DNA of 63,422 nt, the filler included, from Vannella sp. (lineage: Eukaryota): assembly GCA_023345925.1 (NCBI GenBank). It is 8 parts of 8 records of this genome, joined end to end, with 100 filler letters (N's around TTAATTAATTAA, not from the genome) between each part and the next. Parts side by side here need not be neighbours in the genome. Positions count along the whole stretch, not along the records: positions 53,932 to 61,505 come from JAJQQN010000792.1; positions 61,606 to 63,422 come from JAJQQN010001336.1; 6 more parts are not named here. One strand, written 5' to 3'. Shown piece by piece: positions 58,691 to 63,422 of this stretch (within the stretch, counting starts at the first letter, position 1; every line of letters begins with the position of its first letter). The position numbers and the translations under genes were made by a program. The notes beneath the pieces are model-generated. The model saw only the letters and a list, made by a program, of their open reading frames with translations, made no database searches and was not told where the DNA came from.

Positions 58691-58751
58691 AGCAGATGCA
58701 TAACGCTTGGACTTTCATAAAATACTCTTTTTACTCTACAAACTAACTCTC

Positions 58752-61446
58752 TCACTCGTTTTCATTGTCTCCAGAGGATAAATTTGCCTCTAATTGACAA
58801 ATAACGAAAGCAGAAGTACTAGCTACCAGAGTGAGCAGTCCTAATAACTCATTTGGTGGTATTATGGTTGTTTCGTCTGTCATGCAAAGTAAGAAAGTGT
58901 GATACCGTTAAGAGAACTGGAAGTACTCACCTTGCAAAAGAGAGTGGATGCTGCGAATTCCTTTCGTTTTTGTCTTCAGCAAAGGAGAAGAGAGTTCTTT
59001 GCGAATTATTTCCAGCCGCTCGGTTGTGGGTGGTTCTTGAGGCAGCACCATTACCTCAGGAGGATGAGAGACGGAGTCGCATGGCGGCAGTGGCGGGGGC
59101 AGCAATAAGAAGTCAGAAGACGGAGCAGAAATGAGAGTATTAACAGGTACTGGTTCATCCCGAAACTCAGCCTCCTTTGCTTCTGGAATCAGCTTCTGTG
59201 ATGAAAAAGTCAATCCTCCTTTCATATCAGTGGGTAAAGTACAGACCAGTGCATAGCGGATGATTTGTAATGATATATCGGAAAGCATTGAGGTTCTACT
59301 CAGATCAAAGCTTGGGGCCTCTCTCAATAAGATGGGACAGAAAACAATCGCAAGGTTTTCTAGTCCCATTAAATTGACAGAAGAGTGACACGAAATAGAA
59401 AAGAGGAATGGTGTGAGGTCCTGCAGAGCCTCTTTACTCTCGCTTGGGAGAGAGTCAAGAAGGCTCCAAAGCGCAGATTCGGAGACTGAGTCGCCATTGT
59501 GTGTTTCCAGAACTTTGGGGAGACTCGCATCGGGTATCAAAGAGAATGACTCGCGCAAGTATTTTTTGAGGGCCCCAGCTATCTCATGTACCTTGAACCG
59601 AGACATGTCTCCGCCTGTGTGTCAAAGTGAGTCTCGTCACAGATAAGATAAGAAGAAGCTACGAACCTGGGGATTTGAGCACAAGATCTAATGCCTCATT
59701 CACAACAGTAGAGCTCGCAGATACCCGAAAAATGCCCTCCACCAGGTGAGCTATTGGCATATTAGTGACGTCGGCGCATTCAATCCCGGAACCTTACCAT
59801 TGCGACTTTCTAAGAGTTCTATCAATTGGCGAAGGACTTTGATATCAACTGGAGCCAAGCGAGCAACATCCCCAACAGAAAAAGGTCTTGGGGTCCCAAT
59901 GGGAGTACTTCTGGGACTGAGTGCGTGAAGAGTACTCCGAGGCCGTTGAGGAAGATCAGATTGGACTGAGTGAGAAGGCAATCGTGCAGAATCGCGGTTG
60001 CGCGCGCTTTTGGGTAACTTTAAAAGAGGATTGTAAAGCTTGGCCTTTTTCTTCTTTCCTGAGAATGAAGGCGAACTTTGTTTGTTCACTAGAACCAATA
60101 GATCATCATTAGCGAGTCCCAGATACTTGACTGTGGCATGAAGAGGAACTGCGTTCTTGTTAAAAGGAAGAAGGAAATTGCAATACTCTTCAGCACTTTC
60201 GCTCAAGCCAATCCGAGTAAATAGAACCCGCATCAACGCTTGCATTCGATCTTTTGGGCTGCAGACTAGTCGGAACGTCTGTCCAGTGCTTTCCACAAGA
60301 ATCTTCAAAGTTATCTCATTCACTAAGGGCCCAGGCGCGCTCCCTAAGAGAGTACATAACAACTCAAACTTTTCTGCGTTGTCCAATGGCTTTTGAGCAT
60401 CACCAAACGGCACGTTCTGCATTTGCAGCAAGTTAGAGAGCGGATCTTGAGTTTTTGCTTCAAGTTGGGTGGTTAACTCCTGTACAGGGTCCTCAGAAAC
60501 GACAGTGGGACCAAAGGATAGTGGATTAGAGTGACTGCGTGTTCCACGGTCTGTCTCGACCTCGCTATGAGGATCAGGAAGGGAGAAGACCCGCTCGTCC
60601 CTCCGTAACAGGTTGCTCACGCCCGATGGAGCTGGTTCCTCTACCTCCAGGAGGTTAAGGTCATCCCAGCTTTGTGAAGAACCCAACGGACGGATCTCCC
60701 GTGCCTCAGGCGAGCTCCACATTCCAGTTGGCACCTCCAGTTTGAGTTGGATCTATCCTACGTTGATCAGAAGCGTTCTTACGGTCCACGGAAGGTGGTA
60801 CGGACCCCTTTTCGGACACTGTCAATAGCTAAGAGAGCGGCATCATTGGGCAAAGCTACCCAAGACCCAATGGACGCCCCCTCGTGCGACAGAAGCGCAG
60901 TGTCCATCAAGAACTGTTCGGGCTTGCTACAGAGAAGCTGAACGACCCCCCTTGCAGAGGACCGTCCAGTAGCTCTCACATGCTCGATCTTACCATCAGG
61001 AAGCAAGACCGTCCATTCCACAGAGTCCTTTTCGTCTTTTTTGGGCGCTAAAACGATCTCCTCCTGATGACAGTGTCAGGGAAGCACTTAGGGTGGAGGA
61101 GGAGTGGTCTCACCAAGTTGTCTAGACAGTAAGACCCCAAAACCCGCGCTGGGTCGAGCCAGATGGCGCTTCGAGTCACGTAGAGCGAAGGGCTGGGTAG
61201 TCCAGCTGTGTATGTCGGATCGATTGTCTCGATCACCTGATGTACGCTGTAAACCAACGGAAAGCGAAGCGGACGGGAGCCCCCGCCCATCCTCACATCC
61301 AAAAGGACGGAAGAGTGCGCAGAGAGGTTCCCTGATAGATTAGCAGTGGAATTGGAACGTGCGTTCGAAGGTGACTGGTCCCCTGACTCCTCTTGCTTCT
61401 TCTCCAAGTTTCCACGAAGCCGCGCCACTCGGACAGACCGGCTCAT
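58752..61446 (-). CDS. RhoGAP with N-terminal ubiquitin-like/RBD-like domains; multi-exon, 3' end approximate
   Basis: VEGIFRVSAS (arginine finger), VHEIAGALKKYLRE, NLMGLENLAIVFCPILLR; upstream beta-grasp-like segments (IWLDPARVLGSY, VLLPDGK, KYLGLANDDLLVL). Confidence 0.8.
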
Positions 61447-61505
61447 CCCTCACCCTCGCCCGTTGGACGACAAATAATGAGCCTTTGCCGCCCAAGCGGC
61501 CCAAT

Positions 61506-61605
61506 NNNNNNNNNNNNNNNNNNNNNNNNNNNNNNNNNNNNNNNNNNNNTTAATTAATTAANNNNNNNNNNNNNNNNNNNNNNNNNNNNNNNNNNNNNNN
61601 NNNNN
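61506..61605. other. Artificial contig-joining spacer
   Basis: N44-TTAATTAATTAA-N44. Confidence 0.98.
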
Positions 61606-63422
61606 TCTATCTTTACATCCTTTTGGCTTCTGACTGGGACTGGAATCAAGGGACCGCCCCAAAACCGCCTGCATTTCGCTCAGTTCCTGAAGTGAACGAC
61701 CCAAAAGCTACCTTCACTGATTTGGAGACATTTTATGAGACCACTGCTGGAGAACCAGGACAAGTGACGCTGCCTTGGGGGAGAGAGGGTTTGGATGGCT
61801 TCAGTCAAAGAGCGTTGGAGATCATTCTAAGAGCAGAAGACGGTCCTCTTATATCCACTATCATTCAAGAATCTTCTGAGCGCTCAATGGTGCTAGTGGA
61901 CTATCGGATAACCCGTGCAGGGCTCTATCAGATGAAAGTGAGATACCAGGGCTCATTGGTGGATCAGATTTCAATATTGATTCTTCCAAGCACAGTCAAC
62001 GTTTCCAATTCGATCCTTTCTTGGCATGGATCGAAAGAGGGTGAAGTTTGCCGGCACAAAATCGTCTCCATTGACAGTAAAGCTGTCTTCACTGTCACCT
62101 TTCGAGACTCTTACGACAACATTGTACAGCTTGAAGGACCTATTTCTGATTTAGAACTTGAATGCGAGCCCAAAATGGAATGGAAAAGGCGGAAACATCC
62201 AAACAAAGTGTCTTTCTTTGCATCACATCTATTCAAGTGCGAAGGCATCTTTACGGTCCATTCTGTGTTGCTTAAGGGCGAAAAGTTGAACTTTACGAGA
62301 ACAGACTTTATCATCCCTCCCCCAAACACCACAAATGACCTCTCTCAATCCAATAATTGGTACATCTCGGCGTATCTCTATCCCAAAGGGTTCAAGCAAG
62401 GAGCCAAAAATGTGCATGTGTATGTGTACGTGACACCAACTCAAGTGTACGTCAAATCCTTCTTTCTTTTCTTCGAGATCGAAAGTCACTTGGTCTGGGA
62501 TCTGAACAGCTCTTTATCCGTCGACATCCTGAAACGGTCCCGGAATGCATCCGAGGAATTCCACCTCTCTTTGAGCAACGAGGCAGAAATAGCATCCCTA
62601 GCCTTGACGGCTGAAGGGGCTGCGTCTCTGTATGCAGCAATCGTGTATCGAATGGGACAGAAGTACCAAACGGAGTCTCTTGAAAAGAGAAAGGGTGCTG
62701 CGCTCCGAGCTCTTTTGAGCAAGGAGGATAGCTTCGAAAGAGTTTATTTCCGAATCAAACGAAGTAGTCTTTTGCGGCAGGGTTCGGCTTTCATTCTCCA
62801 ATTGGACGAGAAGCAGGAGATCCCAATCGTATTATTTAAGGTTGGTTTCCACGCCAACAGAGAGCAAACTTACTAAATGTTACCAGGGCGAGGATGGACT
62901 CGATGCAGGGGGTCTTCGAAAAGAGTTTTACACCGAGTTACAATCCGCTCTCTTTTACTCTGAGCTCTTTGGCTCTTTGTCCCACACTCTTGCACAGCAC
63001 TGCCCGGATACTATTTGCTCCTGTGCACCTTTGCCAGATAGAATTCACATTGTTGCAGATCACAATGCCCAAGCTCTCAAAGGTAAGCAATTTGTGAAAG
63101 TCTCCCTTTAACAGTTAGCAGGCATGGAAGAGAGATCAGGACTGTCAGTGAATGAGCTTTACAGTGTTTGTGGAAAACTCACTGCCAGAGTCATTGTGGA
63201 TCATCTTCACTGCAAGATGGACCACCAACTCCCTGTGACTTTGAGTTATTCCCTGTTCAAACAGATTCTGGGATATCAAGTCTCGTACCGCGACCTTGAG
63301 TTTGATGATCCGGAGTACTTCAACACTACCATTCGCTATCTCTTGGAAAACGATCCAGAAGATTTGGAACTGACTTTCGAGGAATCCATTTTTCGACCCA
63401 AAGGAACTTCTCATGAACTGGA
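61606..63422 (+). CDS. Filamin/Ig-repeat HECT E3 ubiquitin ligase, AREL1-like (truncated at both ends); multi-exon
   Basis: Filamin-like YRITRAGLYQMKV and FRDSYDN; VYVYVTPTQVYVKSFF; HECT start GEDGLDAGGLRKEFY and DLEFDDPEYFN. Confidence 0.75.

Noticed and set aside
9428..61605. Recurrent TTAATTAATTAA flanked by N runs as a biological repeat or element end
   Set aside because: Seven identical 100-nt copies with exactly 44 N on each side: an assembly concatenation spacer. ORFs ending in XXX-LIN are artefacts, and gene neighbourhoods across spacers are not real.
1..63422. Frameshifted pseudogenes or an alternative genetic code to explain the broken ORFs
   Set aside because: The breaks I examined in conserved genes resolve as short GT-AG (one GC-AG) introns, and TAA, TAG and TGA all terminate conserved proteins.

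Overview
Eukaryotic, very gene-dense DNA in the standard genetic code, with tiny spliceosomal introns (measured examples 37-60 nt). The gene content (Roco kinase, Rac, F-BAR-HR1-SH3, CH-RhoGEF, FNIP, TTC7, AREL1-like HECT) suggests an amoeboid protist; that is inference only. The window is not one locus. Eight contigs are joined by seven artificial 100-nt spacers (N44-TTAATTAATTAA-N44), so adjacency across spacers has no meaning. Recognisable genes include HSD17B10, HGD, PRP22/DHX8, mitochondrial phosphate carrier, midasin (partial), a strictosidine synthase-like gene, a MECR-like gene and tRNA-Lys(UUU). The most unusual items are: an AGC kinase-F-box-LRR fusion; an intronless PARP-like ADP-ribosyltransferase with three Cys-rich repeats directly upstream of an Ank-LRR-Roc-COR-kinase gene that has a PH-like insert; a MECR homologue apparently lacking its catalytic residues; a Ubl-UMA-SOUBA (UBAP1-like) protein; a 3xCH RhoGEF with a ~700-aa charged helix; and intronless VWA and 2OG-Fe(II) genes of possibly foreign origin. 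All gene models were spliced by eye and all family calls come from motif recall, not database searches.
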